IMG/VR virus record: IMGVR_UViG_3300049892_000014
Location: 1-64,000 of that record
From: a virus
Taxonomy: Duplodnaviria > Caudoviricetes
Length of the DNA stretch: 64,000 nucleotides
Strand: one strand, 5' to 3'
Shown here: piece by piece, positions 37,006 to 45,438 of the stretch
How the letters are laid out: the number at the start of each line of letters is the position of its first letter
Numbering within the stretch: position 1 is the stretch's first letter
The notes under the pieces: model-generated
The model's input: only the letters and a program-made list of their open reading frames with translations
Database searches by the model: none
What the model was told of the DNA's origin: nothing
Made by a program: the position numbers and the translations under genes

Positions 37006-37584
37006 CTATGAACACCCACTAGTTTCGCCGCAGTTAGTGCAAACATGACACGATCCAGATCGCTTGGTTAGCCCGCCACAGTTATGGCATGGAGGAGAGT
37101 CGGCTACCAAGCTTTCTGTATCATCAGCAAAATTAGACTCTACCACATCTTTGATCGGTTTGTCAATAGCGGGAGTTTCCTTTATCTTCTGTGCCAGATC
37201 TGTGTCAATCATCTTCTGCTCTTTAATCTCTTTCGTACCAAAGGTCTTACCTAACCAGCGGAAGATATAATCCACAATAGAAGATGCATAACCAAAGTCT
37301 TCTCCGGTAAACCCTTGAGGCGGGAAGCTCATATAGGATAACTTAGCAGCTAGCTTATCTATAGACACGCCATGCTGTAGGGCCATAGATGTGATAATAC
37401 TAATAGCATTAAACAATCCACCAAGAGTACTACCTTCCTTGGCTATTGCGATAAAGACCTCTCCAGGCTTCCCGTCCGCATACATACCAACAGTAACAAA
37501 ACCCTTTATGCCACTAATGACAAACTCATGGGTAATAGACGTTCTTGTTTTAGGTAACTTCTTCTGTCTTAATTCTTTAGTCAT
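37006..37584 (-). CDS. Stand-alone class II ribonucleotide reductase C-terminal (TSCPD/NrdJb-like) domain with zinc ribbon
   Basis: RTSITHEF...GKPGEVFI..AKEGSTL...SSIVDYIFRWL...CHNCG..RSGSCHVCTNCGETSGCS. Confidence 0.85.
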   Translation of the reverse strand: MTKELRQKKLPKTRTSITHEFVISGIKGFVTVGMYADGKPGEVFIAIAKEGSTLGGLFNAISIITSMALQHGVSIDKLAAKLSYMSFPPQGFTGEDFGYASSIVDYIFRWLGKTFGTKEIKEQKMIDTDLAQKIKETPAIDKPIKDVVESNFADDTESLVADSPPCHNCGGLTKRSGSCHVCTNCGETSGCS

Positions 37585-37595
37585 TTATTCATCCT

Positions 37596-37967
37596 TTATA
37601 TAAATGGGTTTGGTTCTACTTGTTGATAGCTACCAAGTTGATTTAGTTGGTTCTGCTGATGCCTAAAAGCCTGTCCGGCGGCGTAGCCTCCTGCAAATGA
37701 TCCAAACGCATTGCCGCACTGTATGCCACTAAATCCCGTAACTCCAGTACTACATATAGCGCCAGCTATACCTGTAGTCCCTATGAGTCCAACATTACCA
37801 GACGTTCCAGTTATTCCGGTATTACCAGTAGCTCCATAGGTATTTCTGATTTTAGGCGGGGTTGGATTTTCTTTTTCCAGGGCAGCTACCAGCCTTTCTA
37901 GTTCTAATATACTGTCAGACTTAAACTTTAATTCTATTTGACCTATCCACGGTATTCTTATTTTCAT
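37596..37967 (-). CDS. Hypothetical protein with Gly-X-Y (collagen-like) stretch
   Basis: GATGNTGITGTSGNVGLIGTTGIAG. Confidence 0.6.
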   Translation of the reverse strand: MKIRIPWIGQIELKFKSDSILELERLVAALEKENPTPPKIRNTYGATGNTGITGTSGNVGLIGTTGIAGAICSTGVTGFSGIQCGNAFGSFAGGYAAGQAFRHQQNQLNQLGSYQQVEPNPFI

Positions 37968-37988
37968 ATTAGCCTCTTGCTTGCAGGA

Positions 37989-38489
37989 TTATATTATACA
38001 CTCACGGGTAAAGAGTGTGGAATCTGCTAATTCTTTATCTGTATTGTAGCTTTTTGATTGGCTAATATCACGTTCAATATTGGCCATATTAACATCACGA
38101 TTTTTATTCCCTCTACTCTCCTCTTCTCTTCTCTTCTCTACTCTGTTGCTCCTTTTCTCTAGAGGCGTTCTATAAGTTTTATAGAGCTTTTCTTTTTCTC
38201 CTTCATTCACAACGATATAGCCGGACTCCAAAAGTGCCTCCCAATCAATTGGATCGGTCGCATTGATCGCTTGAGTGATCCAAACGGTGTCAAATGGTAC
38301 TAAATTGTTGTGCTGAGAACATAAAACAAAGATGCCAATTAAGTGTGCTTTTGAGACATCTTTTAATCTCCAAAATTCTATCTCATGCCACAGAGTTTCG
38401 TATAGTTTAATCCACCTAGGCTTATTAATCTTGTAATGTTGATACTTTTCCATATTACGAACACTCATCCACTGCTTGGTTTCTTCCAT
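37989..38489 (-). CDS. Phage replication-initiator N-terminal-like (winged helix) protein
   Basis: KYQHYK..PRWIKLY...L.GIFVLCS and an EKRREEESR linker, typical of phage replisome organisers. Confidence 0.6.
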   Translation of the reverse strand: MEETKQWMSVRNMEKYQHYKINKPRWIKLYETLWHEIEFWRLKDVSKAHLIGIFVLCSQHNNLVPFDTVWITQAINATDPIDWEALLESGYIVVNEGEKEKLYKTYRTPLEKRSNRVEKRREEESRGNKNRDVNMANIERDISQSKSYNTDKELADSTLFTRECII

Positions 38490-38518
38490 TCGTCTCTCCT
38501 TTTCTGTTTTATAGAGGC

Positions 38519-38581
38519 ACTCTACAATATTTCTATAAGAATGTCAAGGGGGTTGACATTCCAAAATGTTTGTGCTACTGT
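38519..38581. promoter_or_regulatory. Back-to-back divergent sigma70 promoters on an inverted repeat (AATGTCAA-GGGGG-TTGACATT)
   Basis: + strand TTGACA-N17-TACTGT (38553-38581); - strand TTGACA-N17-TAGAGT (38547-38519). Confidence 0.8.
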
Positions 38582-38587
38582 TGACGA

Positions 38588-39115
38588 ATGGAGGAACACA
38601 ATATGAGCGATTGTTCGGGTTTGATGTTTCCAAAGCCAAGCAAGAAAAGTAAGAAATCTAGCTTCGGCAAATCTAAGAAGGAGAAGAAGGAAAAGAAAGA
38701 AGATGTTATTGTCTTTGAAGCTGAGGTTGATAAACTTATTGATTTCTACGAAACGCATCGTGGAGACATGGTTAGTGTAGAGAATTACAGGTTCACTAAG
38801 AAGTTGAAAGAGCAAGCATCTAGATGGATTCTAGATGTAATGAGAACTCAAAAGTGTGATCGTGTTGAAGACGTTATCTTGGCATGGCAGAACACTGTAT
38901 TACATGCGGCAGAGAAAGCTCATCCGAGTCATAAGGTTGGATCGTTTATGAATATGTTCTGGTTACTTAAAAACGATTCTAATTACATAGATGTTATGGA
39001 AGGTAAATATGATAGAGCGTTCGGAAAGCCTGCCGAAAGGCGGGGAACTCAAGCGTGGGGAGATCCAAGAGATTTTGCAGGAGTTTCACGTGACGATGGG
39101 GACACCGTCATCTAA
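38588..39115 (+). CDS. Phage replication-initiator C-terminal-like protein
   Basis: FWLLKNDSNYIDVMEGKY matches the WLxxxxNxxKVLEGxY motif of initiator C-termini; precedes the helicase loader. Confidence 0.6.
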   Translation: MEEHNMSDCSGLMFPKPSKKSKKSSFGKSKKEKKEKKEDVIVFEAEVDKLIDFYETHRGDMVSVENYRFTKKLKEQASRWILDVMRTQKCDRVEDVILAWQNTVLHAAEKAHPSHKVGSFMNMFWLLKNDSNYIDVMEGKYDRAFGKPAERRGTQAWGDPRDFAGVSRDDGDTVI

Positions 39116-39776
39116 TCAATGCAAGATATGCGGTGATAAGGAATATATTCTCCGCAAGGGTAGCCTAACTCCTTGCCAGTGCCTTATCATGAAGAAGCGT
39201 TTGGCGTATGCCGAATCCATAATACCAACAAGATATAGGGACTCGCATATTAATCGGCTGAAACCAATATCCACTATTAAGATAGCTATGGACAGACAAC
39301 AGAAGGTTATTGAGATCATTCAGTCTGATCCGCTTGGTGGGTATCTATTCTTCGGTCCCACTGGTGTTGGTAAAACTCATTTGATGTACGCTTTAGTGGA
39401 TCATGCTATTAGGGCGGGTCGACGCACAGTGGCGATGACGTGTTCGCAGTTCATTAAGATGTCCAGGGATTCTGAATTTAATAAGGAAGAAACGCCGCTT
39501 CTTGATCAGGATTTAATATCCATATATACTGCGTCTGAGGAACCGATGGGAAAGACGCTCCATGTATTTCTAGATGAGATGGATAAGATCAAGTTGAGCG
39601 AATACAGCCAACTTCTATTGTTTGATTTGGTCAACGCTGCCTATGATTATCCAAATAGAATCAAGATTACTATTACATCAAATCTTCCACCCGTAGACTT
39701 TGAGCAGGCGTTTGGAGCGGCATTTTTACGCAAGTTAAAAAGCATCAGTAAACCTATTATATATGGAGTCAACTAA
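39096..39776 (+). CDS. DnaC/IstB-like helicase loader ATPase
   Basis: N-terminal CxxC...CxC; GPTGVGKT; FLDEMDK; ITSN. Confidence 0.88.
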   Translation: MGTPSSNQCKICGDKEYILRKGSLTPCQCLIMKKRLAYAESIIPTRYRDSHINRLKPISTIKIAMDRQQKVIEIIQSDPLGGYLFFGPTGVGKTHLMYALVDHAIRAGRRTVAMTCSQFIKMSRDSEFNKEETPLLDQDLISIYTASEEPMGKTLHVFLDEMDKIKLSEYSQLLLFDLVNAAYDYPNRIKITITSNLPPVDFEQAFGAAFLRKLKSISKPIIYGVN

Positions 39777-40717
39777 TGAGCGGTGGATTGGTTCAAATAT
39801 CTGAATGCGTTGCCGAGAGGTTTGCTGAGCTTGAGTCCATTAGAAGCGGGAATTTCTCAGGATCTATACCAACTGGATTTGATGAGTTGGATAAAATTAT
39901 GCAGGGAGGCATTCGTCCTTCCGATCTAATAGTAGTAGCTGGCCGTCCTAGTATGGGGAAGACGGCGTTTATGATGGCGTGTGCGTTAAATATTGCACAA
40001 CAAGGTCGGTCGGTTGGTATGTTCTCCCTAGAAATGTCTGCCAGGGGATTGGTTGGTCGTCTCCTATCTATGAAGAGTTTGGTTGATAACTCACACATTA
40101 GAACTGGTGAAGTGAACGAAGAGGAGATGTCTAAGTTAAGATATGCAGGAGAAATATTATCCTCGTTGCCTATCTATATAGACGATACTGGCGGTATACC
40201 GATACCGGAAATGTATAATCGCATCTTAGCTCAACCTGTAGACGTTGTGATGGTTGACTACTTGCAATTATTAGGTGGTCATGGTAATCTGTCTGAGACA
40301 GAGCGTGTAACCAGGGTGAGTCGGGAGTTGAAGGAGTTGTCTAAGACAGTTAAGTTGCCGTTTATGGTAGCGTGTCAGTTAAGCAGGTCGGTTGAGACTA
40401 GAAAAAATAAGAAGCCTATGCTGTCTGATCTAAGGCAGTCTGGACAGATCGAACAAGATGCCGACGCTGTAGTTGCTATGTATAGACCGGAAGTGTATGA
40501 TGACTCACCTGAGTATGCCGGATACGCAGAAGCTCTAGTCATTAAACAGAGGGATGGTGGATTAGGAACTGCCAAGATGGGATTCGCTGGCAAGTACAGC
40601 TTATTCTCAAATTGGGAGCCAGACGTGCCAGTGCCTTCCAGTGAGTATAACGAAGGTATGACCGCCGAGGAGTATTACGGGAAGAGCTATACTGATTTGA
40701 TCAATGAGGATTACTAA
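39776..40717 (+). CDS. dnaB: DnaB-like replicative helicase (C-terminal RecA-like domain only)
   Basis: PTGF..LD, AGRPSMGKT, SLEM, VDYLQL, QLSR, SDLRQSGQIEQDAD, KQRDG. Confidence 0.92.
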   Translation: MSGGLVQISECVAERFAELESIRSGNFSGSIPTGFDELDKIMQGGIRPSDLIVVAGRPSMGKTAFMMACALNIAQQGRSVGMFSLEMSARGLVGRLLSMKSLVDNSHIRTGEVNEEEMSKLRYAGEILSSLPIYIDDTGGIPIPEMYNRILAQPVDVVMVDYLQLLGGHGNLSETERVTRVSRELKELSKTVKLPFMVACQLSRSVETRKNKKPMLSDLRQSGQIEQDADAVVAMYRPEVYDDSPEYAGYAEALVIKQRDGGLGTAKMGFAGKYSLFSNWEPDVPVPSSEYNEGMTAEEYYGKSYTDLINEDY

Positions 40718-41007
40718 TGAGTCCAAATAGTAAGTATAACAGAGGGAGGGCTAATGAGTACAAAGCGATGCGGATTCTTGAAGCTGCTGGATACTATTGC
40801 ATTCGTAGCGCTGGCAGTCATGGTTTTTTTGATATCGTGGCCTTTAATAGTACTGGTATGCGTCTCGTACAGTGTAAAACCAACGGACACGTGACAGCCC
40901 TAGATAGAGAGGGTCTTCAAGAATTTAAAGACCTACCACCTGGTTGCTCTAAAGAGTTGTGGATCTTTTATACTGGCAAGTCTAAACCTACAATAGAAGT
41001 CTTCTAG
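40717..41007 (+). CDS. Hjc-type PD-(D/E)xK Holliday junction resolvase
   Basis: GRANEY...GY..IRSAGS.G.FDIVA....LVQCK. Confidence 0.82.
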   Translation: MSPNSKYNRGRANEYKAMRILEAAGYYCIRSAGSHGFFDIVAFNSTGMRLVQCKTNGHVTALDREGLQEFKDLPPGCSKELWIFYTGKSKPTIEVF

Positions 41008-41018
41008 AAGGAGTCTAT

Positions 41019-41330
41019 ATGAAAGCTAAGAAGGTAGTACAACAGCGAGCGCCTAAACTATTAACAGCACCAGAGCGTGAGACTATAGTACGGATTAGCG
41101 ATGAAGATGACACATGGACTATAGCCACAGCGTCTCCTAAATACAAGAATAAGTTTATCAAGTTGGGTTGGGCTGGTACTGACATTGACGTGTATAATGG
41201 CTATGTTGAGTTCACGGTTCCAGAGAGATGCGTGACCTTCAGGAAGCTGGAAAAGAAAAAGGTCTCTCAAAGCACCAAAGATGCTCTCTTAAAAGCCCGT
41301 TTAAGTCGTAAATCTCTCAATAGCAACTAG
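41019..41330 (+). CDS. Hypothetical protein
   Basis: AAGGAG SD. Confidence 0.65.
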   Translation: MKAKKVVQQRAPKLLTAPERETIVRISDEDDTWTIATASPKYKNKFIKLGWAGTDIDVYNGYVEFTVPERCVTFRKLEKKKVSQSTKDALLKARLSRKSLNSN

Positions 41331-41346
41331 AATTTCGAGGTTAATT

Positions 41347-41508
41347 ATGGTAAAGAGTACCAAAGGTCGGATGCACTGCGGTTATCATCCAAAATACACA
41401 GGTAAACGATATCCTACAAGCGAGTGCCTCGTTTGTCTGGAGATATATTATTTTGAGCAGAAGAAAGATGCGAAAAAGAAAGGGACGGCTAAAAATGTCG
41501 GACATTAG
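41347..41508 (+). CDS. Small zinc-finger protein (53 aa, not in ORF track)
   Basis: MVKSTKGRMHCGYHPKYTGKRYPTSECLVC...; GAGG SD; fills the gap between genes. Confidence 0.6.
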   Translation: MVKSTKGRMHCGYHPKYTGKRYPTSECLVCLEIYYFEQKKDAKKKGTAKNVGH

Positions 41509-41866
41509 AGTGCAAGCCTTCGCAGAGAAGGTGGTGAATAAGGGTGGTGGATGGAAGGGCAAGAAAGAATGGAGGGTTACTAAGGAGGTAATCCAGGGTA
41601 AAGAGGAAGACGTTCACGAACAGGTTTACGTAGAGGTAAAGACTAGTGGATCAGACTATATAGTCTATAACTGTCCGGTGTGTCAAAAACGCAACAAAAG
41701 ATGCGCTTATGATGCGAAGGTTGAAGATGAGGGAAATGTCCTGGTTTTTAGGTGTAATGGATGCCTAAGAATGGTCGAAGTTAAAAGGCCTATTAACCTA
41801 ACTATTCCGAGTGAAAACATGGTTCTTACACCTGGGCAATTAAAAGATAGACAAAAGAGAGGTTAA
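41495..41866 (+). CDS. Zinc-ribbon hypothetical protein
   Basis: CPVC...CNGC. Confidence 0.6.
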   Translation: MSDIRVQAFAEKVVNKGGGWKGKKEWRVTKEVIQGKEEDVHEQVYVEVKTSGSDYIVYNCPVCQKRNKRCAYDAKVEDEGNVLVFRCNGCLRMVEVKRPINLTIPSENMVLTPGQLKDRQKRG

Positions 41867-42316
41867 ATGATAGAGATCATTGAAGATGGAGACATATTCT
41901 TAGAGCCTTCAGAGATGCTAGTGAATCCAACTAACATGCAAGGTACAATGGGTAAGGGTTTAGCGCTGGAATTTCGTAACAGATTTCCAGGTATTTTTGC
42001 ACCTTATTATGAGAAGTGTAAAAATGGCTGGAAATACGGAGAAGTGTTGACATTAAGTAACCCCTCTGAAGAACTTCCTAATTGGATAGTTTGTTACCCT
42101 ACTAAGCATTCATGGAGGAAGCCGTCAAGTATGGACCTGATTGAGAAGAGTATGCACGGCTTATTCGATGAGATTGCTTATACTGGTATTAAGAGTATCT
42201 CTATACCTGCTTTAGGAGCAGGACTAGGTCAGCTACCTTGGGATAAGGTTAAAGCCTACCTACTATCCTGCCCCTTTCCTGAGTTTGTCCACGTGAAGAT
42301 TTTCGCTCCACGATAG
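41867..42316 (+). CDS. Macrodomain (DarG/TARG1-like ADP-ribose glycohydrolase)
   Basis: GDIF...VNPTNMQGTMGKGLALEF...PTKHSWR...SISIPALGAGLGQLPW. Confidence 0.9.
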   Translation: MIEIIEDGDIFLEPSEMLVNPTNMQGTMGKGLALEFRNRFPGIFAPYYEKCKNGWKYGEVLTLSNPSEELPNWIVCYPTKHSWRKPSSMDLIEKSMHGLFDEIAYTGIKSISIPALGAGLGQLPWDKVKAYLLSCPFPEFVHVKIFAPR

Positions 42317-42341
42317 TATCCTAACTACTGTCCGTTGTATT

Positions 42342-42389
42342 CCTTAATCCCTCTCTTTAGTACTGACACTACTAAGGAGAGGAATAAGG
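42342..42389. terminator. Long hairpin at the convergence of + and - transcription units (possible bidirectional terminator)
   Basis: ccttaatccctctctttagta / tactaaggagaggaataagg imperfect inverted repeat; no clear U-tract. Confidence 0.4.
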
Positions 42390-42419
42390 CTACGCCCACC
42401 ACAAGCAGGATTCTTTCGA

Positions 42420-43465
42420 TCATACAATCCTTTCTAAGATCCAGCCTCTTTTATTACAGTATCGTTGTACATTATCCAACCACCAACCCTGGAACTTGTA
42501 AGTAGTCCCAGGGTTGTCACAGACTACCTCGCACATAGATTCCCCAAGATTTCTTGATCCTACAGTATTCCGCTCAAGCTTGGTCTCTAACTGCCAAGTG
42601 CTAGTAGTGTCGTCTACCTTGTAGAAGCTCATAGGTCCATCACCCAACGAATATAACGACCAAGTAGACCGAACGACCATCCGATTAACCGAAACATCCA
42701 TGGTGTCACTAGGATTATTCCAGCTAAGATCAAAAACATTTGCAACCATTTCAGTATTTCATCCATACCACTCACCTCCATACGGCTAATTACTTTTTGC
42801 CAGAACTAGCTAATTCACCTATATTTCTAGCGGCGGCACGACAAAATTCAATCCTCTCCCAGCTGGATTTATTCAAGGCTACATTGTCATCAGCTAGCAT
42901 GGATATCGCATTATGATAGATGCACTCCGCTTGATCTACTATTTGCCGTAGAATCTCTTTTGTTACCCTCATAGTTTATCTCCTCACAATAATCTAGCTA
43001 CATCTTCTGACCTTGCCTTACTATATAGAAGCTCATTATCACTACGTCCTTGATAATGATATATATCCACCTGTTCATGTCTTCTTAGTTTATATAGAAT
43101 GGATGGTATGTAGTCTTGATGGAAGACGATAGTGCCATAATTTTCCTCCTTATCATTTACGCTCCAATCTACTAATCTTATGCTATATTCGATCATCAAT
43201 CCTCCTTTTCTAAGTATTTCCTCTTGTATTTACAAAAGGCGCACACTTTGTCGTATGGCGTCCACTCACTGTCACACATACAGTATCCAGAGATAATCTT
43301 TTCAGCCTTCTTGAGCCTCCTTCTTATCTCTGCCAGCTCACGCATTGGAGTCTTTTGATACCTATCAACCCCATACTTGCGACCATCCGGATAGACACAC
43401 GCTTTCTGTTTATGGACACATCTATTCTCCATCTTACATTCATCGCAATTTAACTTCATGGTCAA
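42420..43465 (-). CDS. Four small hypothetical early genes (42420-42749, 42790-42972, 42984-43199, 43196-43465)
   Basis: Tightly packed ORFs with SD sites. Confidence 0.55.
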
Positions 43466-43680
43466 TCCTCTAACATCTTATCTGCTAGCTTATAGGATAT
43501 TTGCTTAATATCTTCTACGTCATATACGTTTAATCCAGCAGACAGTATTCCCTGCATCGCCATAGCTGCAAAGTATTGACGCATACTAATCCCACCACAT
43601 CCACTTGTGTAGCAGCTTCCTTGTGTGGCATATTCCCCAGTCCACGGAGTAGGGAATGCAGGCAGTTTTCTAGTAGGCAT
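43462..43680 (-). CDS. Conserved small phage protein (AFP...GISMRQYFAAMAMQG family)
   Basis: Recognisable widespread phage motif. Confidence 0.75.
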   Translation of the reverse strand: MPTRKLPAFPTPWTGEYATQGSCYTSGCGGISMRQYFAAMAMQGILSAGLNVYDVEDIKQISYKLADKMLED

Positions 43681-43689
43681 ACAACCCTC

Positions 43690-44256
43690 CTATCTATGTA
43701 TATAAAATAGAACATCTACGCCCTCCCAACACAACATGCACCCAGGGCATGATCCTGGACATTCATGTACATTGGCAGCGTGTCTATTCTCCGTGCCGTC
43801 CTGAGTCCAAGCAAAAGCTACATTACTAGGTACTTTAGGCATCTTCATTCCAGGCCACAAACTAAAGAAGATCTTTAGGTTCTTAGGTAGTTTCTTGTAG
43901 TTCAACTGGAACATCTTAGTGAAACACAAGAATTGAGTATCGGGATATCTATCTGCTATAGACTTCATATTAGACAGATATCTCTGATTCGGAATATCCC
44001 CACCAACATGCCACCTAAAGTATTTTGGTTTTACCTTATCAAGATGGCTTTCCACCATTCCGAAATAAGTAACCGGATCGCACTTAGCTAGGTAAGAATT
44101 TTGATCCCAAGACAATTTAACCGATGGATACATAGCGTAGAACTTCTTAGCATAGCACTTAGATATGCAGGAATTACAATTTTTACAATCCACGCCAGGT
44201 ATAAGTGATATATTAGACACCTTTCCTAGCTTCTTGTTTCCTTTCGATACAGACAT
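43690..44256 (-). CDS. Gp88-like Cys-rich protein
   Basis: GNKKLG, CxxCxxCxxxCYA, FRWHVGGDI, C-terminal CPGCMLCW. Confidence 0.7.
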   Translation of the reverse strand: MSVSKGNKKLGKVSNISLIPGVDCKNCNSCISKCYAKKFYAMYPSVKLSWDQNSYLAKCDPVTYFGMVESHLDKVKPKYFRWHVGGDIPNQRYLSNMKSIADRYPDTQFLCFTKMFQLNYKKLPKNLKIFFSLWPGMKMPKVPSNVAFAWTQDGTENRHAANVHECPGSCPGCMLCWEGVDVLFYIHR

Positions 44257-45155
44257 TACTCCCTCCCTTCCCAGGATTCTTGGTTGACTGGATACACTTT
44301 AAGACCATTACTTCTCCACATAGCTACTACCGAAGGCCTATCGTCTACGATAAAGTCAATAGAATCCTTTCCGTATCTAGCTATAATTTTATCAAGGATC
44401 TCTTGCTTTACAATGGTATCGGCACGATGATCGCCTCCATTGCGCATAAACATGCGAACCGGAGAGACTCCATTACAAATTAGCATATCCTCGGTAAGAA
44501 TAGCCTCGTCAGTTCCTCTCCCGCTAACAATAAATGTTGTTGTAGACCGATTCATCACGTAGAACCAGTCTGCAATAGGTCTGTTAATCTTATCAAGCAT
44601 AGCTTCGTTCTTTAATGCCGATGGATGAATCCTCTTTCCATTCGCATCAACACGTCCCAATCTATGACTAATATTCATCAGGGTGCCATCTACATCCCAT
44701 ATAGTAATCTTAGACCTATTGGGATCAAGGTCTGGTAAAAGATTATATCGCAGCGCCATGTTTTCAATCACAGCCCTACCAACCCTTCCGTTCCCCTGCC
44801 GCATCCTATCTTGATATATACAATCGTTCACAGCTGTCGGCATTTCGATTAACTCAAAGACAGAATCGCACATTTCCGCAATACCACGCCACATATCTTC
44901 ATTCTTCGGGCTAAGATTTGTGTCGTCAATCACTACGTTAAATCCAAGGCCCAAAGACAGTTCTGCTATGGATTTTTCCGCACGAATAACAACATCCTCT
45001 TTCTTTCCAGACCATCGAAAATCTTTCCCGAAGATCATCAACCGAAGATCATCTCTATTGAGTCTAACTGCCGTTTTACCATTTCCCACAATCTCCCTAG
45101 ACTTCGTACTTTTACCGCTAGCTGGGAGACCCTTCATCATTATAAGTTTTGGCAT
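44256..45155 (-). CDS. Polynucleotide 5'-kinase/3'-phosphatase (PseT-like)
   Basis: GLPASGKST P-loop, NRDDLR, DDTN; HAD motifs DVDGTL, SGR, DDR. Confidence 0.9.
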   Translation of the reverse strand: MPKLIMMKGLPASGKSTKSREIVGNGKTAVRLNRDDLRLMIFGKDFRWSGKKEDVVIRAEKSIAELSLGLGFNVVIDDTNLSPKNEDMWRGIAEMCDSVFELIEMPTAVNDCIYQDRMRQGNGRVGRAVIENMALRYNLLPDLDPNRSKITIWDVDGTLMNISHRLGRVDANGKRIHPSALKNEAMLDKINRPIADWFYVMNRSTTTFIVSGRGTDEAILTEDMLICNGVSPVRMFMRNGGDHRADTIVKQEILDKIIARYGKDSIDFIVDDRPSVVAMWRSNGLKVYPVNQESWEGRE

Positions 45156-45438
45156 AGTTCACCTCCATTCTTAACATTAGGCGTAATGCTTCCTTGTCAG
45201 CTTGACTAGATTGTATCCACCACCTACAGGCGTATGACGTGGCATCCATAGATGGGTAATCAGTTCCACATCTTATTCTTTGAACATTATACATGAAAAG
45301 ATTCATATCATCCATACCTTGTATACGAATAAGATATATTCTTTTTTCCTTGATACTTACTTTGTGATAGATGCGGATGCTCTGTAGCTTGTATACTCCG
45401 TCCATATTAATGTATTCCATGTTATATGTATACATCAC
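45118..45438 (-). CDS. Hypothetical protein (weak member of C-terminal-tag family)
   Basis: SSQADKEALRLMLRME near the C-terminus. Confidence 0.5.
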   Translation of the reverse strand: MMYTYNMEYINMDGVYKLQSIRIYHKVSIKEKRIYLIRIQGMDDMNLFMYNVQRIRCGTDYPSMDATSYACRWWIQSSQADKEALRLMLRMEVNYAKTYNDEGSPS

